Assembly (NCBI GenBank): GCA_963740085.1
Contig: CAVUCU010000001.1
Span: forward strand, 128,001 to 192,000
Direction: 5' to 3'
Source of the DNA: Nitrospirota bacterium
GTDB taxonomy: Bacteria > Nitrospirota > UBA9217
Length of the DNA stretch: 64,000 nt
The position numbers were made by a program, and so were the translations under genes. Shown here one piece after another: positions 50,310 through 61,877 of the stretch; the stretch's first letter is position 1, and the number at the start of each line of letters is the position of its first letter. The notes beneath the pieces were generated by a model, which saw only the letters and a list, made by a program, of their open reading frames with translations, was not told where the DNA came from and searched no databases.

Positions 50310-50854
50310 AGCAAACCTCCTCTTTAGCTAAGAATTTTTTGTTATGATTACAAAACATTCCTGTATGAAGTGTATTGCTGATATCATTAAATGTCAAGAG
50401 CAGGCAGTACTTTTCATGATCACTGCATACTTTAGTAGCAAATATCTATCTCTTCTCATCAGTCGCTGTTGCGTCTACCATTCATCGAGCTTCAACAAAA
50501 TAAAAACCATCGATACAGCGGGGATTATTTAGTTGCGCAGCGCAGCCCGATAATCCGGAATACTCAGGCACGTAACACCCGCTCCCGCTTCCCCGAGAGG
50601 TAACGCCGCCGCGCCTCAGAAAAAAGCCGGGATCGCACAGAAAACACGTTCTTTTTTATCTTTATCAAATAATTCTCTACAACACCAGAGGCCCCAATCA
50701 GTAGGATTCCCGGTAAACTGTTATCCATGCTAAATTCCTTCGGCCTGGCAAGAAGTTCCAGTGGAAGTTGTGTTGACTACCTTTATTGCTTTGAAACGCA
50801 GCAACGATATATGCCGTAAACTTCGTAACTCGGTGCTTGTGCAGTATAGCTCGT

Positions 50855-51922
50855 TTATGGAACCTTCGGATACTGTATCGTAATCTCCTCGCCGGTTAGC
50901 GCTTCAGTGAGGAATGCCATGAGGGACTTCTTCTCCTGGATACTCAGGCCGAGAGGCTTCAGCGCGGTATTCCCTTTTCCACCTCCCCGGTCGAAGAACT
51001 CGATGACCTCGTCGAGCGTATGAAAAATGCCGTTGTGCATGTACGGACCGGTCCTGGAGATCTCCCAGAGAGCCGGCGTCTTGAATGCCTTCCAGTCCTT
51101 CTTGTCCTTCGTGATAAGATACCTGCCCGGATCTTCTTTAAGGTTCCGGAAGTCTTCGTAATGGTAAACCTTGGCCACGAATCTTCGCGTTGCCGCAACG
51201 CGCGGGTCTTTTTCCTGTGCCTCGTTCTCGGGCACATCCAGGGCGTGGAACCTGTTGTCCGACAGGCTCACCCCGTTGTGGCAGTCCGCGCAATTGCCTT
51301 TACCCGTGAAGATGTCATATCCATTTTTTGCCTCGGCGGAAAGGGCTTTTTTGTCGCCCCTCAGCCAGCGGTCCAGGGGAGGATTAACGGAGACCAGGGT
51401 GCGCTCGAACGCGGCAATGGCCATGGCGATGCGCTCACGGGAGATGTCGCCATCACCGAAGACCTTCTTGAACTCCTCCACATATTCGGGAACAGACCTG
51501 ATCACCTCTTCAACGAAATCCAGGTTCCGGTTCATTTCGAATGCGGACATCATCGGGAACAGGGCCTGCTGCTCCAGGGTCTGCGCGCGGCCGTCGTAAA
51601 AGAGGGACTTCTGGTACGCCACGTTGATGAGCGTTGGGGAGTTGCGCCAGTTTCTTGTCGTAGGGTAGTTGAGCGAAATGTCGAGCCCGTCGGTGAACGC
51701 CTTTTCCGGCTCATGGCAGGTCGCGCAATTCATGGTGCCGTCGCCGGAGAGCCTGCGGTCAAAAAAGAGCTTCTTGCCGAGCTCGATCTTCTCCGGTGTC
51801 TGGGGGTTCTGCTTCGGTATCGGAACCGGCTTGAACGGTTCGAGAGGACCGGCAGACGCCGGGACAGCGGGGACGAACGCAATAAGCGTGAATATTATGG
51901 TTGCCAACAGTCGGCTCAGCAT
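50855..51922 (-). CDS. Di-heme cytochrome c peroxidase (bCcP/MauG family)
   Basis: Signal peptide; LGKKLFFDRRLS, CATCH, RNSPT, CADCH, FKTP and GPYMHNG motifs. Confidence 0.93.
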   Translation of the reverse strand: MLSRLLATIIFTLIAFVPAVPASAGPLEPFKPVPIPKQNPQTPEKIELGKKLFFDRRLSGDGTMNCATCHEPEKAFTDGLDISLNYPTTRNWRNSPTLINVAYQKSLFYDGRAQTLEQQALFPMMSAFEMNRNLDFVEEVIRSVPEYVEEFKKVFGDGDISRERIAMAIAAFERTLVSVNPPLDRWLRGDKKALSAEAKNGYDIFTGKGNCADCHNGVSLSDNRFHALDVPENEAQEKDPRVAATRRFVAKVYHYEDFRNLKEDPGRYLITKDKKDWKAFKTPALWEISRTGPYMHNGIFHTLDEVIEFFDRGGGKGNTALKPLGLSIQEKKSLMAFLTEALTGEEITIQYPKVP

Positions 51923-52049
51923 GGCTTTTTACCTCCAGGCCGTATCTTCGGATTGAGAAGCAAGGTATTCGGTTACGAGGCCCGTATCGGAAATCGGCAT
52001 GCGTCACGGAAGAGACGAATGACGTAACCGTACGACGAAACAGGCATCG

Positions 52050-52649
52050 TTACCGTTTGACCGTCAGCGCAGCCTTCAGCTCCTCATCGATAATCTTCTT
52101 GAAATAGTCGAACTGCCGTTCACCGATGACCCTTCTTCCGTTGATGAAAAAGGTCGGCGTGTTATAAAGGTCCAGATCGACGGCAAGCTTGAGGTCTGCG
52201 TCGATCTCCTTTGCATGCTTCTGGGAATCGATGGATTCGGTGAACTTTTTTACATCCAGTCCCAGTTCTTTGGCATACTGAATAAGGCTAGCCCGGTCCA
52301 GCTTCGGGGATCTCTTGATCAGAAGGTCGTGCATTTCCCAGTATTTGTCCTGGTCTCGCGCCGCGAGGGACGCCTCTGCGGCAATGCGGGCGTAGTCCCG
52401 GTAGCGGTAGGGATAGTTCTTGATAACAAGGCGCACCCTGCCGTTGTAGGTTTTCATGATCTTTTTGACGGTCGGACCGGCCGCCACGCAATGGGGTCAC
52501 TGAAAGTCGATGAACTCGATGATCGTGACCGGCGCGTTTGTCGGTCCCATTTGCGGTGAATCGCCTATCGGCACATCATATCTTTTTTCCTGTGCTCCTG
52601 CATGAGAAGCGGCAAGAAGGACTATGATCACACAAATCAGTTTTCTCAT
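52050..52649 (-). CDS. Exported DsbA-like thioredoxin-fold selenoprotein (UPHC)
   Basis: From ATG 52649: signal peptide, then GPTNAPVTIIEFIDFQ*PHCVAAGPT...TPTFFING; TGA at 52497-52499 replaces the first Cys of CxxC; 200 codons. Confidence 0.88.
52467..52485 (-). promoter_or_regulatory. Candidate SECIS hairpin of the DsbA-like gene
   Basis: mRNA GGCGG-C-CG-GUC-CG-A-CCGUC, with the same CG-GUC-CG apex as the hydrogenase hairpin. Confidence 0.65.
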
Positions 52650-52780
52650 TATTTTCTACCAGGCAAGGGCGCTGTAAAATAAACATTGAAGCCCGCAAGA
52701 GGCCGCGTCCTTGCATCATGTGAGTGGGTAATGTCTCTATTCCAGAGGCAGGAGAGCTGGACTTCTCCTGCCCCGCCCTC

Positions 52781-53386
52781 TTAAAACCCCTGTTCCTTAA
52801 CCCATTTGCCATGCCGTTTCCTCGCCCATTCGAGGGGTACGGTGCCGTAGACCATAATTCTGAACGTACCGGGATTGGCAAGGGAACCGAGGTAGATATG
52901 CGCCGGAATGGCAAAGACCAGGAAATCGAAGCTGATATTGTGAAGGAGATGCGCGAGTCGAACCATCTCAATCGTGCCGACCAGAAACCAGATCATGAAC
53001 CCGGAAATGGAAATCAGGTAGGCAAAGAACAGGAACACGAGGTAGAAGAGCTTCTGGCCCGTGTTGAGCGCCCCCTGCGGCGGAAGTGAAACCTTTTCCC
53101 GCGAGAGATACCCGCCTGCCTTCTTGATCCATTCCTTGTCGTCAGCAGTCCAGGTGACGGCTTCTTTGAAGTAGGCTGACATGGTCAGGAAAACCGAGAC
53201 TACGAACACGATGCCTCCCCAGTTGTGGAGCAACCGCATCACATTGAAGCTTCCGAAAAGCGAATTCAGCCCTTCAAGGTGAAAGAGAAACGCAAAGCCC
53301 GTAATGGCGAGCAGGAAGAAGCTTATTGCCATCACCCAATGGTTAACGATCTTTCCAACGGTCGCTTTTCTCACCATCTGTGCCAT
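52781..53386 (-). CDS. fdnI: Formate dehydrogenase gamma (cytochrome b) subunit
   Basis: VNHW, LLHNW, NTGQKLFY, LLHN, AHIY and WARKRH motifs. Confidence 0.93.
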   Translation of the reverse strand: MAQMVRKATVGKIVNHWVMAISFFLLAITGFAFLFHLEGLNSLFGSFNVMRLLHNWGGIVFVVSVFLTMSAYFKEAVTWTADDKEWIKKAGGYLSREKVSLPPQGALNTGQKLFYLVFLFFAYLISISGFMIWFLVGTIEMVRLAHLLHNISFDFLVFAIPAHIYLGSLANPGTFRIMVYGTVPLEWARKRHGKWVKEQGF

Positions 53387-53387
53387 C

Positions 53388-54155
53388 TTACTTTACCTCC
53401 TCTTCTTTTTCTTTCTTCGGGCCGACGGCTGCGTAGTGGATAAGCGCAGCGGCCACCGAAGTCCCAAGGGCGATATAGGAAAGGGGTTTGAACACGTTGT
53501 CCCAGAAGATCACGGACTCGGCGATCTCCGGCTTCTCGGCCAGACCAAGGAGCTTCGGTGGGTCCTTGAAGGCATACAGTGTCCCCAGCCCCTCAAGATC
53601 CTGTTCACCGTAGACCTTGCTGAAGCCCTCTTTTTTCGCCGTGCCCACGAGTTCATCCCTGTTGCCGAAACGAAGCGTACCGGTGGGGCAGGCCTTCGCG
53701 CAGGCGGGCTCGAGCCCTGCCGCGACCCGGTCGAAGCAGAGGTGGCACTTTCCGATCTTGTTATTCTCGTCGTACCTCGGAACATCGAACGGGCAGCCCG
53801 CACGACAGAGTTTGCAGCCGATGCACTTTTCTTTATTGAAGTTTACGATGCCCTCCTTGGTCTTGAAGAGGGCGCCGGGCGCGGGGCAGATCCGTATGCA
53901 GCCCGCGTCGCCGCAGTGCATGCACCGCCGGTTCACGAAAAGCCACCGGAACTTGTCCGTCTCCGATGGCAGCTCAGAGTACTTGATCATGTTGAAAAGA
54001 TCGGGCGTGAGGTCCGGAGGATTTTGCATAGTGCCGGTGTTGATCGTTCTCTGGCCGGGGAGCTGGTTCCAGCTCTTGCACGCCGTCTGACAGGCCCGGC
54101 AGCCTATGCACCGCTCGGGAGTTACGAGTATTGCCTTTCGTGTCATCTTTTCCAT
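53388..54155 (-). CDS. fdnH: Formate dehydrogenase beta (4x[4Fe-4S]) subunit
   Basis: CIGCRACQTAC, CMHC...CP, CIGCKLCRAGCP and CHLC...CAKACP motifs; C-terminal TM helix. Confidence 0.93.
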   Translation of the reverse strand: MEKMTRKAILVTPERCIGCRACQTACKSWNQLPGQRTINTGTMQNPPDLTPDLFNMIKYSELPSETDKFRWLFVNRRCMHCGDAGCIRICPAPGALFKTKEGIVNFNKEKCIGCKLCRAGCPFDVPRYDENNKIGKCHLCFDRVAAGLEPACAKACPTGTLRFGNRDELVGTAKKEGFSKVYGEQDLEGLGTLYAFKDPPKLLGLAEKPEIAESVIFWDNVFKPLSYIALGTSVAAALIHYAAVGPKKEKEEEVK

Positions 54156-54173
54156 AATTGTCCCCCTCTCCCC

Positions 54174-57100
54174 CTATGCCTTTACCACATTGACCATAAA
54201 GGCCTTGGATTCCGGTATCATGGTGTTCGCGTCGCCGATGGTCGGCGTCAGCAGGTTCGCGCTGTCGCCGCCGCTGCCGTCCTTCGGATACTGCCAGCCG
54301 AAGCACCACGGCAGCCCCACCTGGTGTACGGTGGAACCGGCGACCTTGAAGGGCTTGAACCTCGCTGTTACGACCGCAATGGCCCAGAGCTCGCCCCTCC
54401 CCGACTTTACCATGACTTTTTCGCCGTTCCGTATGTTTTTCTCCTTGGCAAGTTCCTCGCTCATCTCAACGAACATCTGGGGTTGCATCTCGAGCTGCCA
54501 GGGTTCGTGCCTCGTCAACACACCCGTTTGCCAGTGCTCGGAAACGCGGTAGGTCGTCGCCACAAAGGGATACCGGACATCACAGGAGTAGAAAGCATCT
54601 TCCTTCTCGTTGAAAAGCTTGATCGTGGGGTTGATCCGCTGCTTTGACATCACGTTCTCCTCGAGCGGACATTCAAGGGCCTCATAGTGCTCGGGGAAGG
54701 GACCATCGGCAAGACCCGGGCCGAAGATCGCCCCGACACCGTCCGCACGCATGATGAAGGGATACTTGCCGGCGGCGTCCATGGGCGGCGCGGGCCCGTC
54801 GGGCACGTCACCGACCCACGTGCCGGGTTTCTTGGTCGCGGGGTTTTCTTTATTCGGGTCCCATTTGATGACCGCCCGCTTCGGGTCCCAGGGTCTCCCC
54901 TGGAGATCAACGGAAGCACGATTGTAAATAATCCTCCGGTTGACCGGCCACGCCCAGGTCCATTCAGGGTACATGCCGAGACCGGTCGGATCTGCCTTTC
55001 CCCTTCTGGCCATCATGTTGATGACCTTGCCCTCTTTCTGCGTGTAGCTCTGCGTGTATATCCAGTTACCGCTGGATGTCGTGCCGTCAGCCTGAAGATG
55101 GGCAAAAGTCGCGCAGAGCTCTCCCTTCTTGCCGATGAGCTTCGGGGGAGTTGCGGTCTTGTCGTACACGTCTTCGAGGTAGTAGCCGTTGATCTCTTTT
55201 GCCACATTGTGAATATTGATTTCCTTGATTTTTCCGTCCTGCCCTTTTTCGCCGTAGCTCCACGTCAGATTCAGGATCGGATCGGGGAACTTGCCGCCCA
55301 GCTTCTCGTAAAGGCTCTTCACGCGGAAGTAGAGTTCGTTCATGATCTCCGAGTCCGGTTTGGACTGGCCGATCGGATCAATGGCTTTATACCGCCACTG
55401 CGCCCAGCGACCGGAGTTCGAGAGACTTCCTTCCTTCTCCACGGATGAGCTGCAGGGCAGCAGGAACACCTCGGTCTGGATGTCCTTGGGATCCATGCCC
55501 GGGCCTTTCCAGAAAGAGCCGGTTTCGTTGTCGAAAAGATTGATGTTCACCATCCACTTGAGCTTGGAAAGCGCATTTCGTGTCTTGTTCGAATTTGCGC
55601 CGGAGCATGCGGGGTTCTGGCCCCAGGCGAAGAAGCCTTCGAACTTGCCCTTGAACATCTGGTCGAAGAGTACAAGCCACGACGCGTTCATGCCTTCGTC
55701 GAGCTTCGGGAGCCAGGCATAGCCGAAGTCGTTATCACGGTGCGCTTTGCTGCCGTAGATCGCCTTGAGGTAGCTCGTGATATATTTCCCCCGGTTTGAC
55801 CACCAGTTCACGCTTCTGGGGTCCTTGGTCTTGGGCGTATATTTCTCAATATAGGATTTAAGGTCCGCGAGGGAGCCTGCAGGCGTCGGGAGGTAACCGG
55901 TGAGGATGTGGAACAGGAGACCGTGGTCAGTAGACCCCTGCACGTTGCTTTCGCCGCGCAGGGCATTGATGCCGCCTCCGGCCATTCCCACATTGCCGAG
56001 AAGAAGCTGGACGATGCACATGGCCCTGATGTTCTGGGTCCCGATCGTATGCTGCGTCCAGCCCATGGCATAGAGTTCGGTGCCGACCTTATTGGCTTTC
56101 CCGGTGGAAGCGTAGAGTTTATAGACTTCGAGGAGCTTTTCCTTCGGAGTCCCGGTGATGTTCGACACGTTGTCGACCGTGTACCGCTTGTATTGTTTTT
56201 TGAGGAGTTGGAACACACAGTGCGGATTTTGGAGTGTATGGTCTTTCTTCGGGACACCGTTCTCGTCGAGTTGAAAGGACCATGTCTTTTTGTCGTACTT
56301 CCGGGTCTTTTCGTCGTAGCCGGAAAAGAGGCCGTTCAACTCCCCCGGTCCCTTGAACTCGGGATTCACGAGGAAGGGGGCATTGGTGTAATTGACGACG
56401 TATTCCTTGAAGAAGAGGTTGTTGTCAAGGATATACTTGATCATCCCGCCGAGAAAGGGAATGTCCGTACCCGAACGCATCGGCGCATAGACGTCCGACC
56501 TGGCGGCGGTTTGCGAGAACCGGGGGTCCACGACGATGAGCTTTGCTCCCCGCTCCTTTGCCTTCAAGATCCATTTCATGGAAACGGGGTGGTTCGATGC
56601 GGGATTGCTCCCCATAACGAGAATTACATCTGCATTACGAATGTCGATCCAGTGATTGGTCATTGCACCGCGTCCGAACGACTCTCCCAGAGCCGCTACT
56701 GTCGCGGAATGTCAGATACGGGCCTGATGTTCTATATATACCAGGCCCCAGGATCGCAACATCTTTTGGAGCATGTAACACTCTTCGTTGTCCAGGGCAG
56801 CGCTCCCCACATGGGCAATGCCGTCCGTGCGGTTCACGACGAAGTCCTTTTCTACTACCTTTTCCGTGCCGTCTGCCGCCTTTTCCTTCACCTTGGACTT
56901 CGAGGTGATCTTGAAGGTCCTGTCGCGGGTGTCCTTGATCCTTTTCGCGATCTCATCCAGCGCCCAGTCCCATTCGACTTCTTTCCAGTCCGCGGCGCCG
57001 GCCGCCCGATATTTCGGCTTCGTCAGGCGGAGCGGATTGTTGATGATCTGGTAGAGCGACGCCCCCTTTGAGCACAGGGTCCCTTCACTGATCGGATGGT

Positions 57101-57317
57101 CCGGGTCGCCCTCGGTGTAGATCACCTTCCCTTCTTTCGAGTACACGATGATACCGCAGCCCACCGAGCAGTACGGGCAGACCGTGCGGGTCTCTTTTGC
57201 GCCCTTGATTCTGAGTTCCCGCTCCTGTGCTTCAGCGGATCCGGGAGCGGCGCCGAGAGCCCCCATAACCAGAGAACTGCCGGAGATCTTCAGAAAATCA
57301 CGTCTTGATACCCCCAT
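54174..57317 (-). CDS. fdnG: Formate dehydrogenase alpha subunit, selenocysteine-containing (Sec202)
   Basis: Tat signal SRRDFLK, CPYCSVGC, and EHQARI-TGA(56712-56714)-HSATVAALGESFGRGAMTNHW, which joins the two ORFs in frame (1048 codons). Confidence 0.96.
56677..56697 (-). promoter_or_regulatory. Candidate SECIS hairpin of fdnG
   Basis: mRNA AGCGGCUCU-GGG-AGAGUCGUU, a 9-bp stem with G.U pairs; the loop is 23 nt after the UGA. Confidence 0.75.
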
Positions 57318-57846
57318 AACACCCTCCTTTTTAAAGAAAAATATGTAGTCACTCTAGAGAAGATATAGTACTTGAAAGCTCAAAGATAGATAAAAGACAG
57401 GCCAACATAATCCTCTTGTAACTTATAAAACTGAAAAAGAAAACGTTCGTTGTTCGTCCGAAAACGAAAAAGGTATTTGATATTTCCGCCTGGTGAAATA
57501 ATAAACTGTTGGTGCAAAATAAAAACAAAAAATTACATCCAAGCGTAACGATTAAAACTGTATACGAAATATTTCCATTTTGCAAGTTTTTTTTATGGAT
57601 CTATAAAATGAAATAATACTGGAGAGAGGACGTCAGCAGGGATCGAGGTATCGCCCGGCCCTTCCGTCTGGCCCATGAGCGATCTTCCGGAGGATGCGGT
57701 GCATGATCTTGTCGCTCCGTTTCTTCGGGAACCGGGCGCGAACTGCAGCTTTGCAGGGCCTGTCGAACCACAAAAAGACTTTTTCAATAGCCTGTGAGAA
57801 CGCCGAGTAATATGGCGTCCCTCCCCGGCAAAAATATAATGATCTT

Positions 57847-58686
57847 TTATTGAGATGTATGCACCAGGGTCTCTGACTGCCCGAACACCCAGGCAAATCC
57901 GAATCCTCCCATATACGAATGACTGGTCTTCACTAAGGGACTGTTTTCGAATACAGCACCGGTCAGTTCATCGTAGCGGGCGAATGCGCCAAACCAGAAA
58001 TGTTCAAAACGTTTGCTTAACGCGAGCACCAGTAGTGTACCGCTGTAGCCGGATCGGCTATCATAGGCAGGACGGATGTTGGGAATAGCATACTGAGGGG
58101 AAACCTGGTAATAATAATCATGGTATCGTTCCGTGGCAAAGAGCGGGCCGAGCGCAAAACCAAAATCCCACCCTCCCCCCGGTCCGACATTGTTAAAATC
58201 AAAATTGAGCTGGGGATTGACGACAAAACCAATCCCGGCGAACCGGGATAAATCAGAAGCTACAGCCGCCCGCACTGGAAGACGGAACTGTACAACACGA
58301 TCAGCATCACAATCCTGAACAAGACAGATCTCCAGAGAAGGCCCTATCTGGATTGTCGGGTCGAGGTTAGGCATACCCGTGCGAGCTGTATTCCTGCCAC
58401 TATTTACGGGAACCCCGCCGTCAACGCTGATGTTGAACTCCACGTGCTGAGAATGATACAGCAGACCGTACATTCCTTTTCTGTCTATCCGCAGGATATC
58501 TCCCCGATACTTCACATAAGGAAGCGGCAGCAGGTAACCGTGTCGTTCATCTGAACCCCGGTAATCCGGGATACTCAGGCCGGAAACACCCGCTCCCGCT
58601 TCCCAGAGAGGCAACTCCTCCGCGCCATAAAGCAATGCCGGTATTACACAGAGAAATACCGAAAAAAAAATGATCGATCGATACAT
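57847..58686 (-). CDS. MipA/OmpV family outer-membrane protein
   Basis: LPLWEAGAG, PDYRGSDE, LPLPY, YHDYYY and SPLVK motifs. Confidence 0.85.
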   Translation of the reverse strand: MYRSIIFFSVFLCVIPALLYGAEELPLWEAGAGVSGLSIPDYRGSDERHGYLLPLPYVKYRGDILRIDRKGMYGLLYHSQHVEFNISVDGGVPVNSGRNTARTGMPNLDPTIQIGPSLEICLVQDCDADRVVQFRLPVRAAVASDLSRFAGIGFVVNPQLNFDFNNVGPGGGWDFGFALGPLFATERYHDYYYQVSPQYAIPNIRPAYDSRSGYSGTLLVLALSKRFEHFWFGAFARYDELTGAVFENSPLVKTSHSYMGGFGFAWVFGQSETLVHTSQ

Positions 58687-58690
58687 GAAC

Positions 58691-59017
58691 CTACTTAAAG
58701 GCCTTTAAAATGTACTTCGCTATTTCCTTCGCCTCGTGGTCAGAAAGGGTCTTTTCATCGAAGGTGGTCATACCCGGACCTGGTTTTCTCATGGTTCTGA
58801 TAATGTCAGCTTCGGTCCTGATGTTGTTAGCCTCTCGGTCCTTCTTGAGCAAAGTCTTTTTCGGGTTGACGATGTTCCCTCCATCCGGATGGCACAGCGC
58901 ACAATGTTCTTTAAACTCCGCCTCCCCCGGATTTTTTGTAGCTTTTTCCGCGTATGCCATAGCTCCTGCAAAGCACACCGTGAGTACGATTACCAGAAGA
59001 ACAATCCTTTTTTTCAT
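58691..59017 (-). CDS. Monoheme class I cytochrome c (c6-like)
   Basis: Signal peptide, CALCHPDGGN, GPGM (Met ligand). Confidence 0.88.
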   Translation of the reverse strand: MKKRIVLLVIVLTVCFAGAMAYAEKATKNPGEAEFKEHCALCHPDGGNIVNPKKTLLKKDREANNIRTEADIIRTMRKPGPGMTTFDEKTLSDHEAKEIAKYILKAFK

Positions 59018-59173
59018 GGCCTCTCCCTCTTTCTGCATTGGATTGAACAAATAGTACAATTATAGCAGGAATACATTCGATCGACAAAACGTGATGCGAA
59101 AAGGATAACTGAGAATTTTTTCTCTTATTATATCAGATTAAGGACACAATGGCATTATGAAGAATAGCTCGGG

Positions 59174-60028
59174 TTACACCTGCATGCGCGAGTGGATCAC
59201 CAGATAACCGGAGAAAAGAATGAGGAGGCCGCCAAAAAGGGCCGCGAAAGTAGGCGTTTCCGACAGGAACAGATACGCGAGGGGGATCGCGGCGAGCGGC
59301 TCCATGTAGCCGAGTATCGCGGCATGCTGGGCCATCACTTTTTTGAGCGCATTATAATAGAGGAGCGGCGCAAGAGTGGAATGCATCACGCCGGTTATCA
59401 GTAAAAGACCCGCCGTGCGATAGTGCAAATGATAGTCCATGGTCAAAGCCCACGGCGCTGTCACCAGTGTCGTGGTCCAGAGTATAATCACGACCGCCTG
59501 GTGATGCAGCAGCATCCGGCTCAGTTTTCTGGAATAAATAATGATAAAGGCATAGGCGATTCCCGATACCATGCCGGCGGCGATCCCGGACATGTCCCCG
59601 CTGGTTGTTCGGAGACCTCCCTCGGACAACACGATCATGACCATGCCAAGCGCGGCAATGGGGAGGGAAATGAGGGTCACCTTCAGGATCCGTTCGGCGA
59701 TCATGAGCGGTGCAAGAACTGCGACCAGGAGCGGTGCGGTGTAGTGGGTAAAAACTGCGTTCGAAACCGTAGTGTGCCCCAGCGAATAAAAATACGAGAT
59801 ATTGTTCGTGATCGACGAAACGGCGAGCAAGGCAAAAAGCCACCAGACCTCCCGAACGCCTGAAAGAGCAAGCTCTCCCCTTACGTGCAATACCGCCGGC
59901 ACCGTAAAGCTTGCGATCAGCGATGAATAAAAGAGAACAACGACGGCAGGAAGAGCGAGCCAGCGTATGATGAGGCCCCAGGTGCTCCAGATCAGCATGG
60001 CCGCGATTATTTTGAGGTAGTTGTTCAT
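59174..60028 (-). CDS. EamA/DMT family transporter
   Basis: About 10 TM helices; IWSTWG, HYTAP and GYMEP motifs. Confidence 0.88.
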   Translation of the reverse strand: MNNYLKIIAAMLIWSTWGLIIRWLALPAVVVLFYSSLIASFTVPAVLHVRGELALSGVREVWWLFALLAVSSITNNISYFYSLGHTTVSNAVFTHYTAPLLVAVLAPLMIAERILKVTLISLPIAALGMVMIVLSEGGLRTTSGDMSGIAAGMVSGIAYAFIIIYSRKLSRMLLHHQAVVIILWTTTLVTAPWALTMDYHLHYRTAGLLLITGVMHSTLAPLLYYNALKKVMAQHAAILGYMEPLAAIPLAYLFLSETPTFAALFGGLLILFSGYLVIHSRMQV

Positions 60029-60041
60029 GTGGTGAAAATGA

Positions 60042-60127
60042 AGGAGCCAGAAGTCAGGAGACAGAATTCAGAATAATACTCTCTCTGACCTCTGCTTCCC
60101 GACCCCTGGCTCCCGATCCCTGACTAT
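60042..60127. repeat. Inverted heptamer-repeat element
   Basis: GGAGCCA GAAGTCA GGAGACA GAATTCA GAAT ... CTCTGAC CTCTGCT TCCCGAC CCCTGGC TCCCGAT CCCTGAC. Confidence 0.7.
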
Positions 60128-60139
60128 TTTGTTTGCTGC

Positions 60140-60217
60140 CTACGTACCCATTTCCCACGATGCGAGGTACTGCTTCTGCTCGGGTGTAAGCTTGCCGATC
60201 TTCACACCCATGGCCCG
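60140..60217 (-). pseudogene. C-terminal remnant of a second, short-type ahcY
   Basis: RAMGVKIGKLTPEQKQYLASWEMGT* begins immediately after the stop codon of the intact ahcY. Confidence 0.8.
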
Positions 60218-60218
60218 C

Positions 60219-61625
<1,407 letters not shown>

Positions 61626-61653
61626 AGGACACTCCATTCACAAGATTTATGAA

Positions 61654-61739
61654 TGGGCGCCGTTGCTCCATGTTGAACCACCCCATCGAGCCTGACAGAC
61701 CCACCTTGCGGTGACTGCTGCAGCGCCCCTCGACGGGGT
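61654..61739 (-). ncRNA. SAH riboswitch
   Basis: mRNA CCCCGUCGAGGGGCGCUGCA...CAGGCUCGAUGGGG...CAACGGCGCCCA directly upstream of ahcY; matches the SAH riboswitch core, including the GGGCG/CGCCC pseudoknot. Confidence 0.9.
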
Positions 61740-61782
61740 GTTGTGTTTTGAATTTACAGTCCTGCGTCTGCGCACAATGTTG

Positions 61783-61809
61783 AGGGCAGCCTCACAGGGC
61801 TGCCCCTAC
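61783..61809. repeat. REP-like palindrome
   Basis: AGGGCAGCC-TCACAG-GGCTGCCCCTAC. Confidence 0.55.
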
Positions 61810-61877
61810 ATGATTTTCATTCTCTGCAGAATAGATCCAGATTCTTTAATCCGCAATCCGAATTCCGAAATCCACAA

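Noticed and set aside
50801-50817. Possible sigma54 promoter upstream of the hydrogenase small subunit (CGGCATATATCGTTGC)
   Set aside because: GG-to-GC spacing is 11 nt rather than the required 10.
52747-52772. Hairpin after fdnI as an intrinsic terminator
   Set aside because: The stem GGCAGGAGA/TCTCCTGCC is present but lacks a U-tract on the minus strand; it may be a stabilising or processing hairpin.
54174-57317. fdnG as two separate genes (201 aa and 829 aa ORFs)
   Set aside because: They are in one frame, joined by TGA at the canonical Sec position of formate dehydrogenase.
57593-57896. Short ORFs between mipA and the fdnG promoter region
   Set aside because: No motif, RBS or coding-like composition that I could support.
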